From an uncultured Pseudomonadota bacterium (GTDB lineage: Bacteria; Pseudomonadota; Alphaproteobacteria; Rs-D84), in the NCBI GenBank assembly GCA_949283535.1, contig CASDTC010000002.1:6130-70129 (forward strand): DNA of 64,000 nt, given 5' to 3'. A model generated the notes under the pieces. The model was not told the origin of the DNA. It worked only from the letters and a program-made list of their open reading frames with translations, and ran no database searches. Position numbers and translations under genes: made by a program. Below are positions 36,698 through 46,168 of the stretch, one piece after another; position 1 is the stretch's first letter, and each line of letters begins with the position of its first letter.

Positions 36698-38118
36698 GAC
36701 ATACTTCTGTATGTTTTCTTGCTGACGGTATCGCCAAATATATCACGTTGTTGTTTAGTTAATGTTTCATATTGATCCAATGAAATCATACGCAATACCA
36801 AACCTTCTTCATCACGCTGGGATAATACTGGTAATATGCGCTGTTCTGAAATACCATTATCGCGCAGGACCTGTTCAACAATCGCCAAACGGCGTGCCGC
36901 CAATTTTCTGTCATCATTGTTGGTTGTTGCACTGGCAGGAATTGAAACCTGGACCGCACGGGTTGGATTGCTTAATACAATTCCTGCATATTCTGTTAAC
37001 AATGTATAGTTATCACGCGACAATGCCGAATCGTCATTACGGAAATTTATTTTTATTTCCAGTGGACGAATACTTTCGCCAGTTTCAGATAAATCACGCG
37101 CCGATGTGAATCCCGCTGCATTTGCGGTCATATCGCTGGCAACATCAAATCGATCATCAATTTGGAATGTTGATAAATGTTTGTTTTCTGACAAGAATGT
37201 TTTTCTGAATGCCTTGCGCAATTCACTGGGCGACATACTGGTCATATCATTGCGAACAGATGCGATTCGTGGTGATTCAGATTTTTCCACCGCACGAACA
37301 ATAACATCATCGTCCATCGGCACAACCATACGCGATAAATTTATATCATGTGTACCAGTATCTGTATTGTTTTTTGCAACTGTACGCACGGGCTGTGCCG
37401 CAGATGCCGTGTTTGTCTGTGTCTGTATCGATGGGCGCGCGACAACATTACGCGCAACGACACTGCGTGTCTGCGTTGTTGCACGCGGCGCAACATCGTC
37501 CGCAACGCTGGCATCTGCGCGCCGTTGTAATTCATTCAAACGCGCGATTTGCGCATCCAGTTCTGATAATGGTTGTGCCGATGCAACCGTATTTACAGAT
37601 TCCGCCGCCCGCGTATTTTGTTCAGGCTGTGATTGTGCCACCGATGCAACGCGAACAGGTGTTTCATTTAAACTTTCTTCTGGTAATATGGCATCGGATT
37701 TAATCACTGAAAATTCAGATGGATTCGGCAAACGCAATGGCGTATCAACCCGTGCCCATAAATCTGAACTGGGGCGGCGTGGTGATAAAACATCCGCCGA
37801 TGCAACAATCTGTTCGCCGGTATCAACAGATGCACTGCGTGATTGTGTTTTTGATGACACAGAAACATCAGCACTGCGTGATGCAATCTGTGGCGTTGCG
37901 TCTGTATTTGATTTTACGGATGATGTTGTTTCTGATTTTGTTTTGGCAACGACCGGCGCCAATTGATTTATTTTTACAACCGGCTGAACAATTGGTTCAC
38001 CAAATGCTGCACGGGCAGAAATCCCGCCCGCAGACAGATTTACAACCGGCAACCGCGCGTCCGCCAATGCCGGAAATACAACAAAAACTGATAATACAGA
38101 TATTGCAATCCGACGCAT
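36691..38118 (-). CDS. secreted protein with a Ser/Thr/Arg/Val-rich low-complexity region and a possible OmpA-like C-terminal domain
   Basis: The ATG at 38118 has an AAGGAAAGGA SD. The signal peptide is ..VFPALADA. Repeated xVxSR/VAR motifs follow. The C-terminus ..NDDRKLAARRLAIVEQVLRDNGISEQRI.. resembles the OmpA_C pattern. Confidence 0.5.
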   Translation of the reverse strand: MRRIAISVLSVFVVFPALADARLPVVNLSAGGISARAAFGEPIVQPVVKINQLAPVVAKTKSETTSSVKSNTDATPQIASRSADVSVSSKTQSRSASVDTGEQIVASADVLSPRRPSSDLWARVDTPLRLPNPSEFSVIKSDAILPEESLNETPVRVASVAQSQPEQNTRAAESVNTVASAQPLSELDAQIARLNELQRRADASVADDVAPRATTQTRSVVARNVVARPSIQTQTNTASAAQPVRTVAKNNTDTGTHDINLSRMVVPMDDDVIVRAVEKSESPRIASVRNDMTSMSPSELRKAFRKTFLSENKHLSTFQIDDRFDVASDMTANAAGFTSARDLSETGESIRPLEIKINFRNDDSALSRDNYTLLTEYAGIVLSNPTRAVQVSIPASATTNNDDRKLAARRLAIVEQVLRDNGISEQRILPVLSQRDEEGLVLRMISLDQYETLTKQQRDIFGDTVSKKTYRSMSW

Positions 38119-38191
38119 AATTTCCTTTCCTTCCTGCAACTATCATAGAACAAATGACGAATCGCACGCAAGTGGAAAAATGCATCTGATA

Positions 38192-39238
38192 TCATTTTGT
38201 TATTTCATCGGTAATAATTTGCACTGCATTATTTGGCACCAATGATTTTTTTGCCATTTTTTCCAGGCGCGTTGGATTGTCAAATAATTCAGTCAGTGTT
38301 GCCACCAACCAGCGTGGGGTGAACTTTTCCTGGGGGACGGTAAATCCACCACCCAGACGCGCAAAACTGGCGGCGTTGGCTGCCTGGTCTGGGTTAATGT
38401 TTAATGGCACTAATATTGCCGGGCGACCAATTGTTTCCAATTCAACAACCGTGCTGGCACCACTGCGCCCAATTACTAAATCAGCCCCAGCAATTGCGCC
38501 CGCCATATCATGAACAAACGATAACACATTCGCACGAATTTTATTTTCAGCATATATTTTTTGCAGACGCGCAACATTTTCAGGACGCGTTTGATGTGTT
38601 ATAAAAATCTTTCTGTTTTTCATTTGCAATATCGCCGCTGGGACAACATCATCCAAAATTTGCGCGCCCAATGAACCGCCTGTTACAAATATCTTTGATT
38701 CATTTGGCAACGGCGCGCCCGCCAATGATAAAAATTCATGTCTGACCGGCAACCCAGTATAAACAATACGCACAGGTGAATTTTGTGGAATACCGTCAAC
38801 CGTTGGAAAACTGGTCATCAATGTTTTTACCCAACGCAACGCAAATTTATTTGCGCGCCCAATTGCAGCATTTTGTTCATGCAAAAATGTCGGTATTTTC
38901 CAGACATGCGCCGCAAACACAACCGGCACAGATGAATAACCACCAAATGCAACAACGCGATTGGGGCGCGAAAATAAAAATCGCACTGTTAACCACGCCG
39001 CCGATACAGCAATTTTAAATAATGCAATTATTTGTTTTGCACGACTTTTTGCGCCAACACCCGATGCCCACACAGACACAATTTTTGCACCGCGTGGCGC
39101 ACCATCGGCGACCATTTTTTGTACGCGCCCATCACGGGATATTATAACCCGATGACCACGCGCGACTAATTCTGTGGCAACACTTAATGCCGGAAAAACA
39201 TGCCCACCCGTTCCACCAGTCGCAATCCAGATTTTCAT
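38192..39238 (-). CDS. murG: UDP-N-acetylglucosamine--N-acetylmuramyl-(pentapeptide) pyrophosphoryl-undecaprenol N-acetylglucosamine transferase
   Basis: GGTGGHVFPAL is present at the N-terminus, together with a C-terminal GASTV.E motif. Confidence 0.9.
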   Translation of the reverse strand: MKIWIATGGTGGHVFPALSVATELVARGHRVIISRDGRVQKMVADGAPRGAKIVSVWASGVGAKSRAKQIIALFKIAVSAAWLTVRFLFSRPNRVVAFGGYSSVPVVFAAHVWKIPTFLHEQNAAIGRANKFALRWVKTLMTSFPTVDGIPQNSPVRIVYTGLPVRHEFLSLAGAPLPNESKIFVTGGSLGAQILDDVVPAAILQMKNRKIFITHQTRPENVARLQKIYAENKIRANVLSFVHDMAGAIAGADLVIGRSGASTVVELETIGRPAILVPLNINPDQAANAASFARLGGGFTVPQEKFTPRWLVATLTELFDNPTRLEKMAKKSLVPNNAVQIITDEITK

Positions 39239-39324
39239 AGAAAATTCCCCTTGGTTATGATATAATAATAATTAATTATAAAGTATATCACCGCAATCAA
39301 ATATTGCAACACAGGAGTCTTGTT

Positions 39325-39864
39325 ATGCAAAATACATATATTGAACCCAAACAATTGATAAAGCAATTGACGGGTAATTCAAAAAATTATCAAAAATTTA
39401 TTAACCTGTTGCCAAAAGATGGTTTTATCACATTAAACAAAGATAATTTCAAGGCAATGATGAAAATTATTCGTGATGAACCAGACAAAAAACTGCGCAA
39501 GATGTATTTTTCATTGGTATTGGATAAATTGTTTGCGACCAGTTGGGGATGGTATGGTCGTCTGGGTCAAAGTTTGTCTGCAATGCGCGATATAAAATAT
39601 GCGTATCAATTGCCAGAAAAAACGCGCGCGGATGCATTGGCTGTTTTACGGTTGGTAAAAAATATGCATCTGGAATTACGATACAGCCCCAGTTATATGG
39701 GAATAATAAATCACTATATCCGTGATTTTGGTGGCAATACAATGGAACAACCACAGGTAAAAAAAGAAAAATTCGAAATTGTCACGAAAAAATTACAGAT
39801 GGGTGAAAAACTGCCACGAAAAATAAAAAAGCAAGTTAAACAACAATTACAAAAACAAAGATAA
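39325..39864 (+). CDS. hypothetical protein with a Lys-rich C-terminal tail (179 aa)
   Basis: The ATG at 39325 has an AGGAG SD. It lies on the opposite strand, inserted between murG and ftsW. The tail is KKEKFEIVTKKLQMGEKLPRKIKKQVKQQLQKQR. Confidence 0.5.
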   Translation: MQNTYIEPKQLIKQLTGNSKNYQKFINLLPKDGFITLNKDNFKAMMKIIRDEPDKKLRKMYFSLVLDKLFATSWGWYGRLGQSLSAMRDIKYAYQLPEKTRADALAVLRLVKNMHLELRYSPSYMGIINHYIRDFGGNTMEQPQVKKEKFEIVTKKLQMGEKLPRKIKKQVKQQLQKQR

Positions 39865-39892
39865 AAAAAATCGGGCATTGCCCGATTTTTTT
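39863..39892. terminator. bidirectional rho-independent terminator
   Basis: AAAAAAAATCGGGCATTGCCCGATTTTTTT lies between convergent genes. Confidence 0.75.
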
Positions 39893-41033
39893 ATTTCCAC
39901 TTATCTTCACGAACAATTGCCAGAACCATTCCGAACAACAGGCAAAATCCGACAAAAGAACTGCCCCCGTATGAAATAAATGGTAATGTCATTCCCTTTG
40001 GCGCGAATAAATGCAATGTTGACATTAAATTAATACAAACCTGGGTTCCAAATAATGCCGCCGCACCACCCGTTGCATACATAACAAATCTGTCACGCGC
40101 AGATGCGGCATCAATTATTAATCGTCGCAACACACTGAATATCACAAACAATAATGCACACGCAACAATCGCCCCCCAATCTTCGGCAATGGCGGCAAAT
40201 ATGAAATCAGTATGCGAATCGGGCAACGATTGTTTTATGAATGCTTCATCACCACTGCCCAGCAGTCCACCATGTTGAATTGATTGAATTGATTGGCGTA
40301 CCTGGTATGTATCCCCGCTGCCGGTGGCGAATGCCATAATACGATTATGAACATGGGGCATTGTAAAAAATGCAAACAACAACACTAGTCCAACCAAACC
40401 ACCTAATATTGGCACAACAATCCATGGCAATCCCGCCATAAACATCATTGCACACAAAACCGCAAAATACAGAATTGCGGTTCCCAAATCAGGATGACGC
40501 AATATTATAACAAATGTTGGTACAAACACCGCAAAATACGGCCACCAACTGAGCCACCGCATACGCCATGCATCTTTATTAAAGAAAATATTATCACCAT
40601 ATGCATCACGCATTTTTGATAAAAACCACGCCGTTAACATTATAAAGCCCGGTTTCATAATATCAGACGGCATAACATTGAATGGCCCCAAATCAACAAA
40701 TCGCGCAGAGCCCTTGATATAATGTGGCGCAACAACAGTTAACAGTAATAATGCCAGACATACCGCGACATTTATCCACGATATGCGCAGTACCCATTTT
40801 TTATTTAATAAAATACTGCTGGCAAACATGGTAATCAGACCAATAAAGTAAAACGGCAATGCTTTTAATATAAAATAATACCATGGTTCGCCAATACGCC
40901 CCGCCGCCGCGTGTCCAGCCGATATCATAAACTGGGCGCCAGCAAACACCAACAATAGCACCAGCCACAACAGTCGCCGGTCTATTTCAAAATACCAACT
41001 GGTCAGTTTGCTTTCTTCGGTTCGTTTAAACAT
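39891..41033 (-). CDS. ftsW: FtsW/RodA/SpoVE-family peptidoglycan glycosyltransferase
   Basis: 380 aa and polytopic. The motifs DLGTAILYF, HTDFIFAAIAEDWG and LPFISYGGSS are present. Confidence 0.85.
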   Translation of the reverse strand: MFKRTEESKLTSWYFEIDRRLLWLVLLLVFAGAQFMISAGHAAAGRIGEPWYYFILKALPFYFIGLITMFASSILLNKKWVLRISWINVAVCLALLLLTVVAPHYIKGSARFVDLGPFNVMPSDIMKPGFIMLTAWFLSKMRDAYGDNIFFNKDAWRMRWLSWWPYFAVFVPTFVIILRHPDLGTAILYFAVLCAMMFMAGLPWIVVPILGGLVGLVLLFAFFTMPHVHNRIMAFATGSGDTYQVRQSIQSIQHGGLLGSGDEAFIKQSLPDSHTDFIFAAIAEDWGAIVACALLFVIFSVLRRLIIDAASARDRFVMYATGGAAALFGTQVCINLMSTLHLFAPKGMTLPFISYGGSSFVGFCLLFGMVLAIVREDKWK

Positions 41034-41090
41034 TTCAATGCTTATTATATCATCTTTTTTATGAAAATATACTGGCGGATAAAAATTTAT

Positions 41091-41120
41091 AAAACAGCCC
41101 CGAAATTTCGGGGCTGGTTA
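41091..41120 (-). terminator. hairpin terminator between mraY and ftsW
   Basis: Minus strand: CCAGCCCCGAAATTTCGGGGCTGTTTT. Confidence 0.6.
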
Positions 41121-41122
41121 TG

Positions 41123-42211
41123 TTATGCAAATTTTAATAATACCAGTGCCAATCCAGAAAACAGTATCGACATTATGAAAAATCTGTCGACTATTTTTGT
41201 TTCTGGCCACCCCAGTTCTTCGAAATGATGATGCAATGGCGCGCGCAAAAATACGCGCCGACCAGTTCCGGTGATTTTGCGCGATATTTTGAAATATATT
41301 GTTTGAATAAATGACGATAACAATATTAATACCATCATACCGGCGGCAATCGCCATTATTATTTCAGACTTTAACAGCATTGCGACCGTACCCATAAATC
41401 CGCCCAATGCCAATGATCCAACATCGCCCATAAATATCGATGCCGGTTTGGCGTTAAACCATAAAAATCCCAAGACTGCACCAAATGCCGCCCCCAGTAC
41501 CGCATACAGACCGCTGGCATCTGGCAAGAACATTACTGTATCCATAAATCCAATGCGGGTTGCACCATATAATGCAACAACCAACACAACCAGTACCGGC
41601 ATATACAATTTTGCCAACATCCCATCCAGACCATCTGTGATATTTGTGGCATTGGCACTGCCAGCGATTACAAAATATGCAAATACATAATAAAGTATAC
41701 CAAATGACCAAATAAAGCCAAACGGCAATATTAATGATAATTCTGGAATATATAATGGAATCGTTTTATTTATTAAATATGCCAAAATTACAACACAAAT
41801 TGCCTCTATACCCAGACGCGTCAACGGCGACAGTCCATTTGATGATTTTTTCGACTGGCTGCGCACTTTCTTGTAATCATCGGCAAAACCAATTGCACCA
41901 AACATTACCAGCGACAACAGTGCAATCCAACCGGTCGGATTCGACGGTGGCATAAATAAAATACTGGGGATTAATATTGCCACAACAACCAACAATCCAC
42001 CCATTGTTGGGGTACCCGCCTTTGCCCGATGCGCCGCCGGGACATTTTCACTGATTGGCTGTCCTTTCTTTTGCCAGCGATGCATTGCATTTATAAATGG
42101 TCGACCAAATATAATCATTATTAAAAACGCCAAACCAAATGCCGCGGCAAACTGTGTCCAACCACTGGCAAAAAATGTTGCACCATGCGCCAGAAAAAAA
42201 GATGTCAGCAT
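41123..42211 (-). CDS. mraY: phospho-N-acetylmuramoyl-pentapeptide transferase
   Basis: The motifs KAGTPTMGG, NATNITDGLDG, MGDVGSLALGG and PLHHHFE are present. Confidence 0.9.
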   Translation of the reverse strand: MLTSFFLAHGATFFASGWTQFAAAFGLAFLIMIIFGRPFINAMHRWQKKGQPISENVPAAHRAKAGTPTMGGLLVVVAILIPSILFMPPSNPTGWIALLSLVMFGAIGFADDYKKVRSQSKKSSNGLSPLTRLGIEAICVVILAYLINKTIPLYIPELSLILPFGFIWSFGILYYVFAYFVIAGSANATNITDGLDGMLAKLYMPVLVVLVVALYGATRIGFMDTVMFLPDASGLYAVLGAAFGAVLGFLWFNAKPASIFMGDVGSLALGGFMGTVAMLLKSEIIMAIAAGMMVLILLSSFIQTIYFKISRKITGTGRRVFLRAPLHHHFEELGWPETKIVDRFFIMSILFSGLALVLLKFA

Positions 42212-42266
42212 AAAAATCTCCTTCTTATGCTGAACATTTTATCATATAAATTACACAAAACAAACG

Positions 42267-42560
42267 CTATTTAGATGTACATTCAATCGGCGCATCATCG
42301 TTTAAAAACATTGTCCAATCATTACCCTGGTTCCACAGTGTCACAATTGTATCATTTAATTCACCAACATAACGCGCCCCAGATGCCGATATCGCATGCG
42401 TTAATGTCATTTCATCACCGTTTATAACCGCGGTTAATGTTTCACCATCATCTGATAATTTCATATCAACATTATATCCACCACATGTAATCGTGGGATT
42501 GTGTGTATCGCACGCCCCCAGTGCCAGACATAAAACCGCCCCAAAAAATAACCGTTTCAT
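42267..42560 (-). CDS. mliC: MliC-family lipoprotein (membrane-bound lysozyme inhibitor of C-type lysozyme)
   Basis: Lipobox LALGAC, ITCGG near the N-terminus, the ISASGARY motif and a C-terminal Cys match the MliC pattern. Confidence 0.6.
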   Translation of the reverse strand: MKRLFFGAVLCLALGACDTHNPTITCGGYNVDMKLSDDGETLTAVINGDEMTLTHAISASGARYVGELNDTIVTLWNQGNDWTMFLNDDAPIECTSK

Positions 42561-42615
42561 TTTCTTCCCCCTGTATTATACGGGGATTATAACACATTTT
42601 TTATATAATGTTTAA

Positions 42616-44664
42616 TTAAAATACGCCACCAACCGCGGGACCCGTTTCCTGTGCCGCCTTTTGTGGGGCAGGATTTGGATGCTGACCGGCTTTAAACGCT
42701 TCGGTTATTATAATACCATTTGGATCATCAGCTGCGGCGGCACCACTGCGACGATTTACACGCACAAATGTTAATCCGTCTGGAACAGAAAACGGCTGAT
42801 TTTTTTCATTCTTTAATGCTTCTTTCATAAAGTCTGCAAATACACGCGCAGCCATATGACTGCCAGCGCCGCGCCCCAATGGTTTTGGCGTATCAAACCC
42901 CAAATAAACGCCGGCAATTAAATTCTTGGAAAAACCGACAAACCATATGTCTTTGACATCGTTGGTGGTTCCTGTTTTCCCCGCAATTGTGTGTCCAGGA
43001 ACACGCGCCTGTTTCCCAGTACCGCGTTCAACAGTTCCCTGTAAAATCGATACCATTTGATATAAACTTTGCGGATCAGATAACGGTTCTGATTCTGCTG
43101 TTTTTTCTGGTGGCAATAAATCTGCATTCCATTCGACTAAATCAACATTGTTGCCATCCAAAACACGACCATATCTGTCTTCGATATAATCAACCAATTT
43201 TGGCTGTATCAAATGCCCGCCATTGACGAATGCCGAATATCCTGACACCAAACGCTGTAATGTTGTTTCACCAGACCCCAATGCCATTGACAGATTTATA
43301 TTATCCAAATCAGCAGGATACACGCCGAAACGCTGGGCAACCTCAATCGCGTTTTCAACCCCTAAGCTTTGCACCAATCGTACGGCAGGAACATTACGCG
43401 ATGTTTCCAGCGCCAGTCGCAGTGGCACATCACCCATAAATTTTTTATCGTAATTTTCTGGTTTCCACAGTGTATTATTTTCACGCCATCCAACGATTGG
43501 TGCATCCAGAATCATTGCCTGGGGCGAAATACCGCGTTCCAATGCCGCCAAGTAGACAAATGGTTTTATCGTACTGCCAATTTGACGCATTGCCTGGGTT
43601 GCACGATTAAACGAGCTGTCTGCGAAACTGCGCCCGCCAGACATTACCAACACGCGCCCGGTATGCGGATTCATCGCGATAATTGCACCCTGTAATTTCG
43701 GTTCGTTTTCACCGCGTATTGAATTATATCTGTCCAGTTCTTTATTTAGTGCCGCAGATGCCGCGCGTTGTAAATCGGGGACAATTGTTGTTTTTATATA
43801 CAAACCATCATTGTACAGTGTTTCCCGTCCTAATGTTTCTAATAATTGACGGCGAACATCTTCGGCAAAATATTGAAATTCATCTTCCATTTGTGCGGTG
43901 AACCCGCTGTTTATATTTAATGGTTCCGTCGCCGCGGCATCGGCATCAGCCTGGGTTATATAGCCTTCTTCGACCATGCGACGCAGAACATAATTTCGGC
44001 GTTCAATTGCCTTGTCGCGATTATTTGGCGCCTTTGGCAGGGACGCTAAAAACGCACATTCTGCCAGACTTAATTCAGATACAGGTTTATTAAAATACAT
44101 CAATGCCGCAGAACCAACACCATATGCACGCGCGCCCAAGAATATTTGATTTAAATACAGCGTCATGATATGTTGCTTTGAAAAAGTGCGTTCCAGACGC
44201 ATTGCTAAAATAGCCTCTTTTATCTTTCTGGAAATTGTGCGTTCAGATGTTAAAAAGAAATTTTTCGCAACCTGTTGTGTTATAGTTGACGCACCAGAAA
44301 AACGTGCATCAAATCCCAACATATGCATTCCATTATTTACCAATGCGCGGACAATACCCTGGACATCAATTCCTGGGTGCGTCCAAAAATTTTGATCTTC
44401 GGCAGCAACAAATGCATTTACCAACTGTGGCGGCATGTCGGCAAAATCAATAAACACCCGGCGTTCTTCGGCGTATTCAATCAATAAACTGCCATCAGAT
44501 GCATACAGGCGCGTTGCAACCGGCGGTGCATATGTTGCCAATTTCTTGTAATCTGGCAAATCATTGCCATAAATAAAAATCAATATCGCCAATGCGGCGA
44601 TACCCAATGTAAAGCCCCAAAATAAAATATTCAGAAAAATACGCAGTATTTTTTTAATTTTCAT
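42616..44664 (-). CDS. mrcA: penicillin-binding protein 1A (bifunctional glycosyltransferase/transpeptidase)
   Basis: GT51 motifs (EDQNFWTHPGID, GASTITQQ) and the transpeptidase motifs STIKP, SRN and KTGTT are present. Confidence 0.9.
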   Translation of the reverse strand: MKIKKILRIFLNILFWGFTLGIAALAILIFIYGNDLPDYKKLATYAPPVATRLYASDGSLLIEYAEERRVFIDFADMPPQLVNAFVAAEDQNFWTHPGIDVQGIVRALVNNGMHMLGFDARFSGASTITQQVAKNFFLTSERTISRKIKEAILAMRLERTFSKQHIMTLYLNQIFLGARAYGVGSAALMYFNKPVSELSLAECAFLASLPKAPNNRDKAIERRNYVLRRMVEEGYITQADADAAATEPLNINSGFTAQMEDEFQYFAEDVRRQLLETLGRETLYNDGLYIKTTIVPDLQRAASAALNKELDRYNSIRGENEPKLQGAIIAMNPHTGRVLVMSGGRSFADSSFNRATQAMRQIGSTIKPFVYLAALERGISPQAMILDAPIVGWRENNTLWKPENYDKKFMGDVPLRLALETSRNVPAVRLVQSLGVENAIEVAQRFGVYPADLDNINLSMALGSGETTLQRLVSGYSAFVNGGHLIQPKLVDYIEDRYGRVLDGNNVDLVEWNADLLPPEKTAESEPLSDPQSLYQMVSILQGTVERGTGKQARVPGHTIAGKTGTTNDVKDIWFVGFSKNLIAGVYLGFDTPKPLGRGAGSHMAARVFADFMKEALKNEKNQPFSVPDGLTFVRVNRRSGAAAADDPNGIIITEAFKAGQHPNPAPQKAAQETGPAVGGVF

Positions 44665-44767
44665 ATCAGGTAAATTTTAGGATATTTATAGTGCATTTGC
44701 AAGTTTTGTATTAAAATTTCATTTTTATTTTCTGGCATTCTGTATCAAAGCATGTTATAATTTTTTT

Positions 44768-44960
44768 GCATGGGCGTTAATAAACCTGTGTGAGGCATCA
44801 AAACCCCTATTAAGCACGCACCGGGTTGTGTTAAAATCCTGCCAACCGTATCGGTTGGAGGGGGATGAATATACAGAATAAATCCCGCTATCGCTTAATA
44901 TAGTTTTGAACCTCCAACCGCCATAAATATTTTTGCTTTTGTGGGGTGGCGATTATTTTT
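44768..44960 (+). ncRNA. candidate small RNA, family copy B (divergent)
   Basis: An extended -10 (TGTTATAAT, 44753-44761) lies 6 nt upstream of GCATGGG. The core is CCAACCG-TAT-CGGTTGGAGGG, then GAATATACAGAATA, a CTAT..ATAG hairpin and GAACCTCCAACCGCC, as in copies A and C. It ends with CGCCA..TGGCG followed by ATTATTTTT. Confidence 0.5.
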
Positions 44961-45120
44961 AAACGGGGGATGCCTCTCTTATCTCCACAACAATGGGCAT
45001 CCCCATCAAATTCAAGACCCGGATTTTATTTTTTGACCCGGCAAAAAATATCGTGTGATATTTCTCTCTCCTGGGGAAAACACCGTATAATAAATTGGGA
45101 TTTTACCCATCCGGGTCACC

Positions 45121-45146
45121 AAAAAACCGCCATTTTGGCGGTTATT
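45121..45146 (-). terminator. Rho-independent terminator after the IMPase-like gene
   Basis: Minus strand: AACCGCC-AAAAT-GGCGGTTTTTT, directly after the stop. Confidence 0.7.
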
Positions 45147-45849
45147 ATAATTCAATTTTCCCATTGGTTGCGATTAAATCCGCCCCCATTGTGATTTTAC
45201 CGCCTGATTCGCGGACCAATAATTCACCCGCCGCAATTTCAGCATAATCCAATGGTTCAGATACAAATGCATCAAATTTACCCGCCGCAACCCATGCCAA
45301 GTCCAATGCCGGACAACCCGTGCGCCGAACATCACCAATGATTTTACGATTATCGGTTATATTATATGCAATTGTTAAATCTGATGGTTCTGATAAATTT
45401 GATACGCGGGTGCGCGCCGAATGAAATGCCGAAAATGCATATGCACCACGACCCGATTCTGCATAATACAACCGTTCATCAATAGGTGAATATACCAATG
45501 CAATCTTTGTTTCATCATTCGAACGCAATGCCAATGAAATTGCAAAATGTGGATTTGCGCGTACAAAGTTTGCCGCACCAGATAATGCCAAAACAAATTC
45601 ATCACGTCCATCACCCGCATGCGATACATTTGGCGTTAATAATCCCGCGGATGGACGAACCAATAATAAATCCGACAGGATACTTTCTTCGATTCTGGCA
45701 GCAGCCTTTTTAACAAAATCACGGGCGCCACGCAATGATTGTTGCAGGTTTTCAACTTCGCCAAAATCATGACGCAATCCAATTGCTGTTCGCTGTAACG
45801 CCATGAACATTTTGTTCAGTTCGGTTGAACCCTTTATCAGCAATTCCAT
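45145..45849 (-). CDS. inositol monophosphatase (SuhB/IMPase)-fold protein with degenerate metal-binding motifs
   Basis: The overall IMPase layout is kept (ANPHFAISLAL, GRGAY, LDLAWVAAGKFDAF). The canonical W.(I/V)DP(I/L)DG(T/S) motif reads FVLALSGAANF. Confidence 0.6.
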   Translation of the reverse strand: MELLIKGSTELNKMFMALQRTAIGLRHDFGEVENLQQSLRGARDFVKKAAARIEESILSDLLLVRPSAGLLTPNVSHAGDGRDEFVLALSGAANFVRANPHFAISLALRSNDETKIALVYSPIDERLYYAESGRGAYAFSAFHSARTRVSNLSEPSDLTIAYNITDNRKIIGDVRRTGCPALDLAWVAAGKFDAFVSEPLDYAEIAAGELLVRESGGKITMGADLIATNGKIEL

Positions 45850-45879
45850 TTCATCGCCCCGCTTAATAATTAACCAGAT

Positions 45880-46092
45880 TTAAAATTTGAATCCGGCAAA
45901 TTTATTTTTAAATTTCGCCGCGCGTTGTCCTTTTTCGCCGGCATTATTACGCTGACCCGTCCAAGCAGAATGATTCAAGTTGTCTGTGGACAAAATCAAA
46001 TCTTTCTTGACCGAAGAATACATTTTTACCGTATTACCATCTGTCATGGTAACATTTATTTCATAATATTCAGGATGAATGCCTTTTTTCAT
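45880..46092 (-). CDS. rpmE: 50S ribosomal protein L31
   Basis: MKKGIHPEYYEINV... is a typical L31 start. The protein is 70 aa and has no CxxC pair. Confidence 0.85.
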   Translation of the reverse strand: MKKGIHPEYYEINVTMTDGNTVKMYSSVKKDLILSTDNLNHSAWTGQRNNAGEKGQRAAKFKNKFAGFKF

Positions 46093-46168
46093 CGTATTAC
46101 CCTTTTATTAAAATTCAAGCCCGAAAATTATACAATCATTTTTCCGGAAATCAAGCAATAATAACACA

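Noticed and set aside
39325-39864. Lys/Arg-rich C-terminal tails as type IV secretion signals on orphan ORFs (39325-39864, 13732-14220 and others)
   Set aside because: Lys-rich tails are also present on the membrane proteins themselves and are expected from the AT-biased composition. This is not specific enough to call effectors.
44946-45194. 82-aa + strand ORF downstream of sRNA copy B
   Set aside because: It starts at a GTG inside the putative terminator, crosses a hairpin and the IMPase-like terminator, and overlaps the end of the IMPase-like gene. No SD is present.
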